A DNA stretch of 64,000 nt from Alphaproteobacteria bacterium (GTDB lineage Bacteria; Pseudomonadota; Alphaproteobacteria; UBA828). The notes under the pieces were generated by a model that was not told the origin of the DNA, did no database searches, and was given only the letters and a program-made list of their open reading frames with translations. Each line of letters begins with the position of its first letter. The first letter of the stretch is position 1. A program made the translations under genes and the position numbers. Shown here piece by piece: positions 1 through 11,456 of this stretch. The stretch is from contig CBDCRW010000007.1 of the NCBI GenBank assembly GCA_965221125.1, forward strand, positions 512,001 to 576,000. Direction: 5' to 3'.

Positions 1-192
1 AGTACGCGATTTCTCGACACCCAACAAACTGCTGAAATTCGTATTCAACGGTCTGGAAAATCCAATCGTAATTCTCCAGAACCCCTCCTCTTCTGCGTCA
101 ATTTCTTCCAATGCGACGTTCATTATTTGCTCTTCCGCGAACAAGTCCTCCACGTATTTTCTTGCTACTTCGACAGCTTGCTTGACGTTCAT
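1..192 (-). CDS. Small conserved hypothetical protein (3' end outside window)
   Basis: Not in the ORF track. My translation from ATG at 192 is MNVKQAVEVARKYVEDLFAEEQIMNVALEEIDAEEEGFWRITIGFSRPLNT..., open to the window edge. GGAGGGG RBS upstream. Lower GC than its neighbours. Confidence 0.7.
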   Translation of the reverse strand, partial: MNVKQAVEVARKYVEDLFAEEQIMNVALEEIDAEEEGFWRITIGFSRPLNTNFSSLLGVEKSRT

Positions 193-212
193 CTTCCCCT
201 CCAGCTTTCGGC

Positions 213-1100
213 TCAGCCGCGGTTAGCGTCGAGGAAGCCGAGCAGGATCTCGAAATAGGCCTCCGGCTCCTCGAACATCGGCAGGTGGGACGAGTTGGGG
301 AACACCTTGATCTGCGCGTTGGGGAGCGCATCCGCGATCTTCATGGAGCACGCGGGCGTGAGCTCGTCGTGCTGGCCGCAGACCACCAGCGCCGGCTGGT
401 GGATGCGGTGCAGCTCGGGCAACCAGTTCTTGTCCTTGATGCTGCCGGTGTAGCAGAACTCGTTGGGCCCCTGGATCGCCTTGTAGGGCGCCATGTTCCA
501 GTCGCCGAGCGAGCGCATGACCGGCGCCGGCCACGCGTCGAGCCGGCAGACGTGGCGGTAGTTGAGGATGGTGATGGCGGCCTGGTAGGTGGGATGCTCC
601 AGGGTGCCCTCGGCCTCGTGGCGCTGCATCATCGCCACGGTCTCTGGGCCGAGCGCGTCCCGCAGCCGGTGCAGCTCGCTCACGAGGTGGGGGATGTCGC
701 CGGCGCCGTCGGCAAGCGTGATGGTCTTGAAGCTCTCAGGGTACGCGAGCGCCCATTCCTGCCCGAGCCATGTGCCCCAGGACTGGCCGAGGTAGTGCAC
801 CGGCCCGAGACCCAAAGCGGTGCGCACGGTCTCCGTCTCCTCGACGTAGCGCTCGATGGTCCAGAGCGCCTCGTCCTCGGGCCGGTCGGACTTGCCGGTG
901 CCGAGCTGGTCGAAGGAGACGACGCGATATCCCTTGTCCGCGAGCCAGGAGTGGCTGTCCCGCAGGTAGTCGCAGGGGAGCCCCGGCCCGCCGTTCACGC
1001 AGAACAGCACCTCGTCGCCGGCGCCGAAGCTGTAGGCGACGACGGTGTGGCCGTCCACGGCGACGTCGATGGTCTCGTCCGGCGCGCGATCGTCCATCAT
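213..1100 (-). CDS. Proline iminopeptidase-family alpha/beta hydrolase
   Basis: NGGPG oxyanion motif, GQSWG nucleophile elbow, G-x-x-DE acid and SSH base motifs. Start moved to MMDDRAP (1100), after a GGGAG RBS. Confidence 0.9.
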   Translation of the reverse strand: MMDDRAPDETIDVAVDGHTVVAYSFGAGDEVLFCVNGGPGLPCDYLRDSHSWLADKGYRVVSFDQLGTGKSDRPEDEALWTIERYVEETETVRTALGLGPVHYLGQSWGTWLGQEWALAYPESFKTITLADGAGDIPHLVSELHRLRDALGPETVAMMQRHEAEGTLEHPTYQAAITILNYRHVCRLDAWPAPVMRSLGDWNMAPYKAIQGPNEFCYTGSIKDKNWLPELHRIHQPALVVCGQHDELTPACSMKIADALPNAQIKVFPNSSHLPMFEEPEAYFEILLGFLDANRG

Positions 1101-1260
1101 GGCCCGCGTCTCCCTCCCGCTCTGGCGGGGCGGACTATTCCACATTTGCAGGGTGCCTCCAAGCCGGGCGACGGGGGGCTTGATGCGGGCCGCGCTTGCT
1201 TCTATATCCCCGCCGTTACGCGTGGAAGCGGATGAATGAATAAGTCGTCGAGCGAGAGAG

Positions 1261-1857
1261 ATGAGCGAAGCCAAGAGCAGCAAGAAGAAGGCCCCCAAGG
1301 CCAAGACCGAGACGGCGCCCAAGGCCGAGAGCAAGAGCGAGAGCGCTGCGCCCGAGGGTGCCGCGCCCAAGGCGGCGGCGAGCGCGGACAGCAAGCCGAG
1401 CACGGAGGCCGCGTCCTCCGACGCGAAATCGTCGGAGAGCGGCAAGGATGGCGCTAAGGAGAGCGGCAAGGACGCCGGCAAGTCCGCCCGCGAATCCGCC
1501 GGCGGCAAGTCCGACGTTCACTACGGCTACTTCTCCAGCGTGCGCACGCCCGAATACCGCAGCGGCTGGGACGCGATCTGGGGCGGCAAGAACGGCGATA
1601 ACGCCGTGGGCGGCGACAACGACGACGAGACGCCCCGGCGGCGCCGGGCGGCGGCGGCGCGCACGAGCCGGCCGGCGAAGGCGCGGAAGCGCCGCGACCC
1701 CGTCACCGTCACCCTCGACCTCGACGACCTGCCGCCGGCGCTGAGGCAAGGCCTGGTCGAGATCGCGAGCGCGCGGCTCAAGGAATCCCGCGTGAGCTAT
1801 GCGCGCCGCGACAAGGCCGGCGCCATCGACTGGCGCATCACCTGCCGCGCGGACTGA
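1261..1857 (+). CDS. Hypothetical protein with a low-complexity charged N-terminus
   Basis: 198-aa ORF with high-GC codon usage. Non-repetitive core YGYFSSVRTPEYRSGWDAIW. Confidence 0.7.
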   Translation: MSEAKSSKKKAPKAKTETAPKAESKSESAAPEGAAPKAAASADSKPSTEAASSDAKSSESGKDGAKESGKDAGKSARESAGGKSDVHYGYFSSVRTPEYRSGWDAIWGGKNGDNAVGGDNDDETPRRRRAAAARTSRPAKARKRRDPVTVTLDLDDLPPALRQGLVEIASARLKESRVSYARRDKAGAIDWRITCRAD

Positions 1858-2057
1858 GGGCGCAGCCCGAGATCGGGTGAGGGGAGGGCCGGGCCGACAG
1901 GCCCGGAGCGCGCGACCGTGCGCCGCGCGAAGCGCGTAGGCAAGCGAGCGGAGCGAGCGCCCGCCGTTGAGGGAAATGAATGAGCGCGGCCGATATTCGT
2001 TGCAAACCGGCGCGCGCCGGTCCATCTGTAAGGGGACGACTTGCGGAGGGCCGGGCA

Positions 2058-2468
2058 ATGCTGAGGATCGCCGTTTTCTGCGCCATGCTCGTCGCGGGCG
2101 CCGTGCCGCTCCATGCGGACGTAACGCAAGTGGACAGCGCCGGGCTGGAGCGGCTGCGGGCGGAGGGCGTCCCCGTCATCGACGTCCGCCGGGCCGACGA
2201 GTGGCGCAAGACCGGCGTCATCGAAGGCAGCCACCTGCTGACCTTCTACGACGCGAAGGGGAACTACGACCTGGAGCGCTGGCTGCCGGCGCTTGGCCGG
2301 ATCGCGGAAGCCGGCCAGCCCGTCGCGTTCATCTGCCGTAGCGGCAAGCGCAGCGGCCGGGTCGCGCAAATGCTGGACGAGCGGTTCGGCTACAGCCGCG
2401 TCTACACCGCGCAGGACGGCATCCTGGGATGGATCGGGGAGGGGCGGTCCACCGTGGAGCACCCGTAG
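2058..2468 (+). CDS. Exported rhodanese-like domain protein
   Basis: Signal-like N-terminus, VIDVR..EW..G.IEGS, CRSGKRS active-site loop, GILGW. GGAGGG RBS before 2058. Confidence 0.85.
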   Translation: MLRIAVFCAMLVAGAVPLHADVTQVDSAGLERLRAEGVPVIDVRRADEWRKTGVIEGSHLLTFYDAKGNYDLERWLPALGRIAEAGQPVAFICRSGKRSGRVAQMLDERFGYSRVYTAQDGILGWIGEGRSTVEHP

Positions 2469-2521
2469 CGGCCGGGGCTCAAGGGCCGCCGAGACCCCAC
2501 CGTCTCACATTTATAGGGTGT

Positions 2522-2553
2522 GACAGATAGTAGGCGAGACAGATAGTAGGCGA
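2522..2553. repeat. Perfect 16-bp tandem duplication GACAGATAGTAGGCGA x2
   Basis: Read directly. It sits where high-GC coding DNA changes to a low-GC intergenic block. Confidence 0.9.
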
Positions 2554-3078
2554 GAGCGCCTATCTACACACGACTATACAGCGCCGCTCCATCCTCCTTA
2601 TAATGCAGTGAATACAATGCATTGTGTCTATCGTCAAGAGTTTCTTGCAGATCGATGATGCCATAAGTTTCGACGACGCATCGCTGCGTAGTTGCACTTG
2701 GGGAAGTGAACCGGATGCTTTGTCCAGATATGCGGCAGATCTCGCTGTTGCAGAAATCACCTGTAAAACTTGGATTCAAGGAGATACAACATATATACAC
2801 CATATGCGCGGCTGCGATGCGGAACATAGGTATTCCGTAGGGGATTCTCTGTTTGTGTCGGTTTTCCTGCAGTCCGTCAGGCGTTTCATTGTATGGGTGA
2901 CGCATGGTCCACGGGAAGGCCCCGCGCGCGGGGTGACGCGCCCCGCTGTGCGCGGCTGCAAGTGTCAGGACAAAGCTAGTCGGGCCGCGAGTGTCTCTGG
3001 CGCATGAGTATGCTTGGCTGACTGTCCACCATCACAAGAGATATGATAGCCAGCCGCATTACTTGCCACCTTACTAAA

Positions 3079-3103
3079 GACAATGCCAATCATTCTTATT
3101 GTC
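3079..3103. promoter_or_regulatory. Fur-like iron-responsive operator upstream of bfr
   Basis: GACAATGCCAATCATTCTTATTGTC has inverted GACAAT/ATTGTC arms around an AATCATT core, resembling a Fur box. Confidence 0.6.
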
Positions 3104-3315
3104 GAAAATGGCGAGAATGAATTTCAGGGGTAAAACTCCCATATTCTAAAATTTATGCTCGAATTCTACACGTAAGAGTACTTTTATGCTTGCGCTTATC
3201 TTCCAATTTTACCATTATGCGGATAAAGGAAGGGCGACGATCATTAGTGGACAAAGGGATAGCATCTCACCGGTGGTCGCCAACCGCGGACGAGTTGGAG
3301 CGAGTGGAGGAGAGC

Positions 3316-3795
3316 ATGAAGGGCGACGCGAAGGTCATTGAGTATCTCAATGCGGTGCTCAAGAACGAGCTGACCGCGATCAACCAGTATTTCCTGCACT
3401 CGCGGATGCTCGGGAATTGGGGCGTGACGAGGCTGGCCAAGTACGAGTACGAGCAATCCATCGACGAGATGAAGCACGCGGACGACCTGATCGAGCGCAT
3501 CCTGTTCCTCGAAGGGCTGCCCAACCTGCAGGACCTCGGCAAGCTCATGATCGGCGAGGACGTGAAGGAGATCCTCGACTGCGACCTCGCCCTCGAAAAC
3601 ATGGCGATCCCCACCCTGCGCGAGGGCATCGCGCACTGCGAGCAAGTTGACGACTACGTGACGCGGCACCTCCTGCGCGAGATCCTCCAGAGCGAGGAGG
3701 AGCACGTCGACTGGCTGGAGACGCAGTACGAGCTGATCAAGCGGATGGGCCTCGAGAACTACGTCCAGCTCCAGAGCAAGCCGGCGGAGGATTAG
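3316..3795 (+). CDS. bfr: Bacterioferritin
   Basis: [31 protein letters not shown] (heme-ligand Met), EEEHVDWLE. 159 aa, GGAGGAG RBS. Confidence 0.97.
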   Translation: MKGDAKVIEYLNAVLKNELTAINQYFLHSRMLGNWGVTRLAKYEYEQSIDEMKHADDLIERILFLEGLPNLQDLGKLMIGEDVKEILDCDLALENMAIPTLREGIAHCEQVDDYVTRHLLREILQSEEEHVDWLETQYELIKRMGLENYVQLQSKPAED

Positions 3796-3997
3796 GGCGG
3801 ACGATACCGGGCGCCGAGACTGGCGAGCGCCTATTCGGCGGGGGCCGAACCGCCGGCGGGCACATCATCCGAGGGTGTGGCTTCGCCGGGGGGTGCGTCA
3901 TTCGCGTCGCCGCTGGGCTCCACGCCCGCAACCATGTCTCGAAGGGCGCGCGTCGCCGACACGATATCCGCCGGTTTGAGCGCGGCCCAGGCGTGCA

Positions 3998-4228
3998 TCA
4001 GGGGCGCGCGCCCTCGCGGACGGCCTCTCTCCGATCGGCCGGGAGCGGGCCGCCGCGCGGCCGGTCTTCGTGGACCCCGTCGATCAGGCCCTGAGCGAAG
4101 CTGAGGCAGCGCCCGCACTGGGGCCCGTTGCCGAGCTCCTGATACGCCTTCTTCGCGCAGCGGACGCCGGCCTGCGCCACGGCGCGGATCTCGGTGTCCC
4201 GATAGGCGTTGCAGACGCACACGTACAT
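3998..4228 (-). CDS. bfd: Bacterioferritin-associated [2Fe-2S] ferredoxin
   Basis: MYVCVCN...QCGRC motif. Convergent with bfr. Confidence 0.9.
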   Translation of the reverse strand: MYVCVCNAYRDTEIRAVAQAGVRCAKKAYQELGNGPQCGRCLSFAQGLIDGVHEDRPRGGPLPADRREAVREGARP

Positions 4229-4264
4229 CGCGGCACTCCGCTTGACGCTGCCAATCCTGAAGAG

Positions 4265-4292
4265 AATGCGAACGAATGTCAATGAGAATTCG
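4265..4292. promoter_or_regulatory. Fur-like operator upstream of bfd
   Basis: AATGCGAACGAATGTCAATGAGAAT resembles the alpha-type TGCGA-N5-TC(G/T)CA pattern, about 40 bp before the bfd start. Confidence 0.55.
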
Positions 4293-4327
4293 TGTCAGGC
4301 GCGTTTGCAGATGGGGAGCCTTCCACG

Positions 4328-5458
4328 TCAACTCGTTCGCGCCGCGATCAGGTGATTGTCCCAGCGAGCGCCTTCGAGGCCGCCAACGGCGAGCGGCCGT
4401 GTTGTTCCCGACTGCGCATCGATGACGACCACGCCGCCCTGCCCACTGCTCGCCAGGAATTCGCCCGGCCCCGCGCCCGGCGCCACACCGCAGCCGTCTG
4501 CAACATCAGCCGACGACAGGTAACTGCCCGCGCCGGCATCCCAGAGCGTCACCATGCCGCCGCGTGGCGCGGTGACGGCAATAATATGGCTGCTCGCGTC
4601 GAAGCACACGCTGCCGCAATAGTTCTTCATCGCGTGCAGGGTGGCGCGTGGCGCGTGCAGCAGGCGTAGCCCGCCGCCGCGCCGTTGCACGCCGACCAGC
4701 GGAACCAGATTATGCGCAGGCCCCTCGTACTGCATGGCGACGGCGACCGTGTCGTCTGGGCTCACGGCCAGATGACGGATGCTCAGTTGGTGCAGGGCAG
4801 GTTCGAGCCTGCTCTCCCGTAGCAGCGTGCCGTCGCGCCGGTCGATGTGGCAGAGGGAGGGCGCCATGGTCGGCAGGTTCAGCTTTACGCGCGGCAGGTC
4901 GGGATGCGTCGCGATGCCGCCGTTGGCGACGACGAGGGTCTCGCCGTCGGAGAGCAGCGCGATCTCGTGCGGGCCGACGCCGTGGGAGGGTATCTCGCCC
5001 ACGCGCCGGTAGTCGCGCGCCGCGTCGTAGACGCCGATGACGCCGCGCTCGCCCACAAAATCGTTCTCGGTGGCGTAGAGCAGGCGCCCATCCCGACTGA
5101 ACACGCCGTGACCGTAGAAATGGCGCTCAGGCGGCGTCTCCAGCCCGCGAACAATTGTGCCTTGCGCGAGGTTCACGACCAGCACGAAGCGGCCCGGTCG
5201 GCGGGCGAAGTGCACGGCCTCTCGACCGCCGGGGCGCACTGCGAAGGAATGACCCCGCCCCGGCAGCGGCAGATCGAAGAGCGAGGCGCCGCCCTTCGTG
5301 AAGCCGCTGATCCGGTAGCCACCGCCGGCGTCGGCGCGGGCGCTCAGGTAGAGCGGCGCGGCGGAGTCGACGCTGTCGGCGCGGAGGGATGCCGGCAGGA
5401 AAGAACCGGCAAGCCCCCCGGCCAACAGCAGCAGCGCGTCGCGGCGCTTAATCTCCAT
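4328..5458 (-). CDS. DUF1513-family Tat-exported beta-propeller protein
   Basis: KRRDALL twin-arginine signal, RGH, FARRPG, RHFYGHGVFS..G.LLYATEN, GVGPHE, VANGGI.THP, WDNH. Confidence 0.9.
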   Translation of the reverse strand: MEIKRRDALLLLAGGLAGSFLPASLRADSVDSAAPLYLSARADAGGGYRISGFTKGGASLFDLPLPGRGHSFAVRPGGREAVHFARRPGRFVLVVNLAQGTIVRGLETPPERHFYGHGVFSRDGRLLYATENDFVGERGVIGVYDAARDYRRVGEIPSHGVGPHEIALLSDGETLVVANGGIATHPDLPRVKLNLPTMAPSLCHIDRRDGTLLRESRLEPALHQLSIRHLAVSPDDTVAVAMQYEGPAHNLVPLVGVQRRGGGLRLLHAPRATLHAMKNYCGSVCFDASSHIIAVTAPRGGMVTLWDAGAGSYLSSADVADGCGVAPGAGPGEFLASSGQGGVVVIDAQSGTTRPLAVGGLEGARWDNHLIAARTS

Positions 5459-6539
5459 CGAGGGCGTTGAAGCCGATGGCGAGGCCGAGCGCAGGCGCCA
5501 GGCGATCCCTCACGATCTGTCTCAGCGCTCGCACCTGTTTGGCGAGTTTTTCGGCCTTCGGGCGAAGCGCGGCGTCGGCTGCGGCGTTCTCCACGGGGCC
5601 GCCGAGGGACTCCGCCGTGGCGAGGGTGAGGTGGAACGCCTTTCGCATCAGCCGGTCAAGCTTGGGGTCGGCCACGGCCGTGAGATCGCCCAGGCCGGCG
5701 CCGCCCTCGCCGAGATAGAGCGCCTGCAGCGCCTCCAGCGTCACCACGATGTTGCGCTGCGACCGCCCGCTCAGGCGGGATTCCGCCAGCACCGGGCGCA
5801 CCTGCTGCGCGCTCTCGCCGATGACCGGCTTGAGCTTCACGTCGTGGATGAGCTGCAGGCTGTCGTGCAGGCTCTGGAAGAAGGCCAGCGTGACTGCGGA
5901 ATGATCCTCGAACTGCGGATTGTCGGGACCCGGCGCCGCCATTAGGCTGGCAAACGCGCTGTCGCCTTCCCGCCAATCGGCGAGACTCCCCGCCGCCATG
6001 GTGCGCATGTTCGCCGCCACGGCCGCGAGCAGCCCGCAGCCCCTGGCGTCGGCGCCGAGGTAGCGTTCGTCGTAGAGCAGCACTTCCGCCGCCAGCAGGC
6101 CCTGGACCGCCACGTTGGCGCTCCCGATACGCGCGGCGAGCGCAGCGGCGTCCTCGTCCGCGGCAACGATCTCGGCGACGGCATCGGCCACCTTGGCGCG
6201 CGCCTGGGGCCAGAAATAGAAGCGATAGGCGCGGTTGAACGACTCGACGGGGCCGAAGCGCAGATGCTGAACGCCCAACCACGCGTCCATTGCGTCGTGG
6301 AAGCGCGCCCGAAGCGGCTCGGTCTCGCCCTCACCGGCACAGTACGTCCGCGCAGAGTCGGCGAAAGCCTCGGTCGCCGCCGCCAGGCGCTCGTAGCGGG
6401 GCAGCGCATGGGTCTCGACCAGGGCCGCGTTGACGCGCGCGTAGTCCGCCGGGCCGATCTCTTGCGCGCTCGACGCAGGCTCCGCGCAGACGAAAACCGA
6501 CAGGAACAAGGCCGCAATCACGGTCGCGCGGGTCATCAA
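5448..6539 (-). CDS. Imelysin-family protein (iron uptake)
   Basis: Signal peptide, RFGP, FWP, VQGL.A.E.LL, ES..SG.S, and C-terminal GFNALDGD. Confidence 0.85.
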   Translation of the reverse strand: MMTRATVIAALFLSVFVCAEPASSAQEIGPADYARVNAALVETHALPRYERLAAATEAFADSARTYCAGEGETEPLRARFHDAMDAWLGVQHLRFGPVESFNRAYRFYFWPQARAKVADAVAEIVAADEDAAALAARIGSANVAVQGLLAAEVLLYDERYLGADARGCGLLAAVAANMRTMAAGSLADWREGDSAFASLMAAPGPDNPQFEDHSAVTLAFFQSLHDSLQLIHDVKLKPVIGESAQQVRPVLAESRLSGRSQRNIVVTLEALQALYLGEGGAGLGDLTAVADPKLDRLMRKAFHLTLATAESLGGPVENAAADAALRPKAEKLAKQVRALRQIVRDRLAPALGLAIGFNALDGD

Positions 6540-6553
6540 AGCAGATCCCTCCG

Positions 6554-8113
6554 TCAGAGCGAGCGCAGGAAGGCGAGCAGCGCAGCCCGCTCCTCACGCG
6601 ACATCGAGACGACGCGCTCTTTCGCCGCCTCCGCCTCGCCGCCGTGCCAGAGAATGGCTTCGAGGAGGCTGCGGGCGCGGCCGTCGTGCAGGAAGAAGGT
6701 ATGGCCGCTCACGGTCTCGGTGAGGCCGATGCCCCAGAGCGGCGGTGTGCGCCACTCACGGCCGCCGGCCTCGCCCTCTGGCCTGCCGTCGGCGAGCCCT
6801 TCGCCCATGTCGTGGAGCAGCATGTCGGTGTAGGGCCAGATAAGCTGGAACGACTGTTCCTCGCCGATGGAATCCCGGCGGGTCACGAACTTGGGCCGGT
6901 GGCAGCCGGTGCAGTTCGCGTCGTAGAAGAGCCGCTTGCCTTCGAGCACCTGCGGATCGCCGATGTCGCGGCGTGCCGGCACGCCGAGGTTGCGCGTGTA
7001 GAAGACGAGCAGCTCGAAGAGGGCGGCGCTGGCCTCGACCGTGCTCTGCGCCGAGGCGCCGCCGTGCGGCGCGTCCCGGCATGCCTCCTGCACTGCCGTG
7101 CAATCGCCGTGCGGGCGCGGGTAGAGCGGGGTCGAGATGCCCACGTCGCCGCGAAAGGCTGCCGCCGCCTGCTGCGAGACGGTGGGCTGGCCGGCCTTCC
7201 AGCCGAAGCGGCCGAGCATGGGCCGGCCTAGCTCGTCGCTCCATACGGTGTTTGCCCGGCCCGAGATGCCGTCCCCGTCGCGGTCTTCCGGGTCGGCGCC
7301 GGCGAGGATGTCGGCATCGGAAATCGCTTCCAACAGGCCCATGCCGATGACCGGCGGCGCGACGCGAGGCGAGAGCATCGTCTCCGGGTGCAGCGGGCCG
7401 TAATGAAGACCGGAGACGCCGTAGCTGGGCTTGCGGAGGCTGACCGTCTCGCCGTCGGCCAGCGCCACCGGCACCTCCTCGTAAGCGATCGTTATGTCGC
7501 CTTCGCCCTTGATCCCCTGGATCGAGAAATTTTGAAGCTGCCCGCCGTAGGTGGGCTCGGGAACCGTGGCCTGCCGGTGCTCGCGCAGGGCCGCGCGCTC
7601 GGCCTCGGTCTGGGGCGGGATGGAGAGCCGCATGAGCATCGTCTCGGCGCGCTCCCCTGCGGCCGGCGGGCGGCCGCGGCCATCCTTCAGGTGGCAGCGC
7701 TGGCAGGCGCGCGCGTTGAAGAGCGGGCCGAGCCCGTCCGACGACGTGGTCGAGCTCGGCGACGACACCCAGATCTTCCTGAAGATGCCGTTGCCGACGT
7801 GGAAGTCGCGCTGACGCTTGAAGGGCATGTTGGCGGAGGGGTGCGAGAACGCGTCCCGGTTCAGGGGCTTGAACACCGTCGCCGCGCCTGCCGGGCGGCG
7901 CTCGTAAGGCTCGGCCTTGGAGAAATCCTGCGTCGGCTGCGTCACCGCCGCGATGCGCGCCCGCTCGTCCCCCGGTTCCGCTGCCGATAGAGCCTGGGCC
8001 GGACTCAAGAGCACGAGCGCCCCGGCCAACACGGGCACCGCGCGCCCGGCCGTTCTCGCGATCTGCGCGCGACCGAAGGCTAACGCGGCGGAGAGCAGTC
8101 GTGAGAATGCCAC
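6554..8113 (-). CDS. Di-heme oxidoreductase family protein (DUF1111-type)
   Basis: Two CxxCH motifs (CQRCH, CTGCH), DGLGPLFN, GRFGWKA, WRTPPLWGIG, LHDGRAR. True start is probably downstream of 8113 because that codon overlaps a Fur-like box. Confidence 0.9.
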   Translation of the reverse strand: MAFSRLLSAALAFGRAQIARTAGRAVPVLAGALVLLSPAQALSAAEPGDERARIAAVTQPTQDFSKAEPYERRPAGAATVFKPLNRDAFSHPSANMPFKRQRDFHVGNGIFRKIWVSSPSSTTSSDGLGPLFNARACQRCHLKDGRGRPPAAGERAETMLMRLSIPPQTEAERAALREHRQATVPEPTYGGQLQNFSIQGIKGEGDITIAYEEVPVALADGETVSLRKPSYGVSGLHYGPLHPETMLSPRVAPPVIGMGLLEAISDADILAGADPEDRDGDGISGRANTVWSDELGRPMLGRFGWKAGQPTVSQQAAAAFRGDVGISTPLYPRPHGDCTAVQEACRDAPHGGASAQSTVEASAALFELLVFYTRNLGVPARRDIGDPQVLEGKRLFYDANCTGCHRPKFVTRRDSIGEEQSFQLIWPYTDMLLHDMGEGLADGRPEGEAGGREWRTPPLWGIGLTETVSGHTFFLHDGRARSLLEAILWHGGEAEAAKERVVSMSREERAALLAFLRSL

Positions 8114-8170
8114 TGAGAATCTTTCGCAATTATGTTGACGCGCATTCTAGGAACGATTATCAGTCGCAGG
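8112..8170. promoter_or_regulatory. Two Fur-like boxes in the divergent promoter of the iron locus
   Basis: ACTGAGAATCTTTCGCAAT (8112-8130) and AACGATTATCAGTCGCAGG (8152-8170). Confidence 0.65.
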
Positions 8171-8298
8171 ATAAGGCTGTCAACGTCGCCACGCTCGGGA
8201 TGGTAGCCGCACGACGGGGAACGCAACCCGCCGCGGCCGGTCGGCCCGCTTCCGGCCTGCGTTGGCAACACCGCTGACTGCAGCAAAGGGGACAACCG

Positions 8299-9369
8299 AT
8301 GAAGTTCACAGGTTTGACAGGAGTGGGCGTGGCGACCGTCGCAGCGCTCGGGTTGAGTGCGCCGGCGATGGCGGACGACATGGTCGAGGACAAGCTCGCG
8401 ACCATGGAACAGCGCATCAAGTACTTGGAGAAGCGTGTTGCCTCTCAGGACCAGATGATCGTCGACAAGGAGAGCGAGATCTCCGCTCTCTCCGACGGCT
8501 GGTTCAACAGCGTCGAGATCGGTGGCGTCATCAAGGTCGAGCTTATCGGCGAAAGCCCGGCCGAGGGTGACAGCGGTACCAGGACGAACTTGAGGAAGGT
8601 CGAGCTCGGCATTGCGGCTGCGATCAACGACGAGTGGGGCGGCGAGGTCGTCGTGGAGAACGACGACGGCACAATCGCGCTCGCGGACGCGTTCCTGACC
8701 TACGAGCCGGGGGGCGGGCTTTCCGCTGCGATAGGCCAGCAGACTCTGCCCTTCGGCGTTTATGACACCAACCTGATCACCGATCCGCTTACCAAGGATC
8801 TCGGCGAGACGGCCCACACCGCGATGGTGCTGGGCGGCGACGCCGCTCAATTCGGTTGGACGGTATTCGCGTACTACGCGGATGAAGAGGCGCGTGTCGA
8901 CGGTTTCGGCGCCGGAGTCGGCATGGCCATGGAAGGCGATGCCTCGGCCTTTGGCGTCGATGTGGTGTGGATCAGCGACATCGGCGACTCCAACGGGCTC
9001 AGCGGGATGTTCGACGACGATGTGCCGGGCTTGAGCGCCAGCGCCGGAGGCAGCGTTGGACCGGTCGCTGCGATGGTCGAGTTGGTGACCGCGCTTGATG
9101 CCGAGGGCGCCAACGCCGAACCGTCGGCATGGCATGCCGAAGCCGCCTACGGATTCGACCTGATGGGCAGGGAAGCAACCCTCGCCATTGCGGCCGGCGG
9201 CACTGAGGACGCCGAGGCCGCCGACCTGGCGGAGACGCTGATGCTACTCGGGATTTCCGTGGGCATCTCCGAGGGCGTCGGGATCGGCCTCGAATGGAAG
9301 CAAGAGGAAGGCTACGGCGCGAATGCCGTTGACGACGCCGTTACCGTGCAGCTCGCAGCCGAATTCTAA
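8299..9369 (+). CDS. LbtU-like outer-membrane porin / siderophore uptake protein
   Basis: Signal peptide, N-terminal coiled coil, G..LPFG.Y.T.LI.DPLT..LGET motif, terminal Phe (QLAAEF). Confidence 0.8.
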   Translation: MKFTGLTGVGVATVAALGLSAPAMADDMVEDKLATMEQRIKYLEKRVASQDQMIVDKESEISALSDGWFNSVEIGGVIKVELIGESPAEGDSGTRTNLRKVELGIAAAINDEWGGEVVVENDDGTIALADAFLTYEPGGGLSAAIGQQTLPFGVYDTNLITDPLTKDLGETAHTAMVLGGDAAQFGWTVFAYYADEEARVDGFGAGVGMAMEGDASAFGVDVVWISDIGDSNGLSGMFDDDVPGLSASAGGSVGPVAAMVELVTALDAEGANAEPSAWHAEAAYGFDLMGREATLAIAAGGTEDAEAADLAETLMLLGISVGISEGVGIGLEWKQEEGYGANAVDDAVTVQLAAEF

Positions 9370-9396
9370 GGCTCCGGAAAAATGAGGAGACTGAAG

Positions 9397-10659
<1,263 letters not shown>

Positions 10660-10786
10660 GCGCTTTCCCGGCGGTCTGCCGAACCCAACGACCCGGCAGA
10701 CCGGGGCCGCCCCGCTCTACCCCCTGCGGGGCGGCCCTCGAGCCGGCCCATCCGACGACCGTATCGCACGACGACGGAAACGCGTC

Positions 10787-11107
10787 ATGTGCGAACTTTG
10801 TGCCGCCTCCCCCTCCTCCACGGCCGGTCGGCGCCGCAAGCTCTGGGAGATCCGGCCGGACCTGCTTTGCAGCGTCCTCGGCACCTGCCTCAGCTATGCC
10901 GACCTGCTCAAGATCGGCCGCAAGTCCGGGGTCATGCCGAGCGAGACCGCCACCGAGTACGAGGTGCACAACTACTTCGCGCACCGTGCCGAGGAGCCGG
11001 ACCGTCTCGCGCGCCTGATGCACGGACAAGGGCAACGCTATTTCAGTGCCATAGCACCGCAGGTGCGCATTATAGGGTGTACATCGCACGGAACCCGCTA
11101 TATGTAG
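10787..11107 (+). pseudogene. Truncated DUF2325-type protein (N-terminal part only)
   Basis: RRRKLWEI...CSVLGTCLS..L...EYEVH matches my recollection of the N-terminus of DUF2325-containing proteins found in iron/heme loci. It degenerates after about 11025 and stops at 106 aa. Confidence 0.55.
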
Positions 11108-11159
11108 CGGCTGGACCGCGTTCGAGTCGCGATCGGGAACGACAGAGGAGCCGCGCGCC

Positions 11160-11447
11160 ATGAGCAGAGCCGCATTCATCGAGAACGTCGCCAAGAAGGG
11201 CAAGATGAGCAAGGCCGAGGCCAAGCGCACCGTGGACCTGGTGCTGGGCGAGATCGAGGCCGGGATCAAGAAGTCGAAGAAGGAAGGCCGCTACACCATC
11301 GGCAACTTCGGCACCTTCAGCATCGTCAAGCGCAAGGGCCGCAAGGGCCGCAACCCGCAGACCGGCGAGGCGATCCGCATTCGGGCGTCGAAGGCGCTCC
11401 GCTTCCGCCCCTCCGCCCAGCTTAGGAGAGCGGCTGGGGCGAAGTAG
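11160..11447 (+). CDS. HU-family DNA-binding protein
   Basis: IGNFGTF...R.GR.GRNPQTGE.I.I.A.K...FRPS motif. 95 aa, GAGGAG RBS. Confidence 0.92.
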   Translation: MSRAAFIENVAKKGKMSKAEAKRTVDLVLGEIEAGIKKSKKEGRYTIGNFGTFSIVKRKGRKGRNPQTGEAIRIRASKALRFRPSAQLRRAAGAK

Positions 11448-11456
11448 GCGCGGCGC

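Noticed and set aside
2560-3007. ORFs 2560-2760, 2564-2905 and 2624-3007 as genes
   Set aside because: They have no motifs, no clear RBS and atypical codon usage, and they overlap each other.
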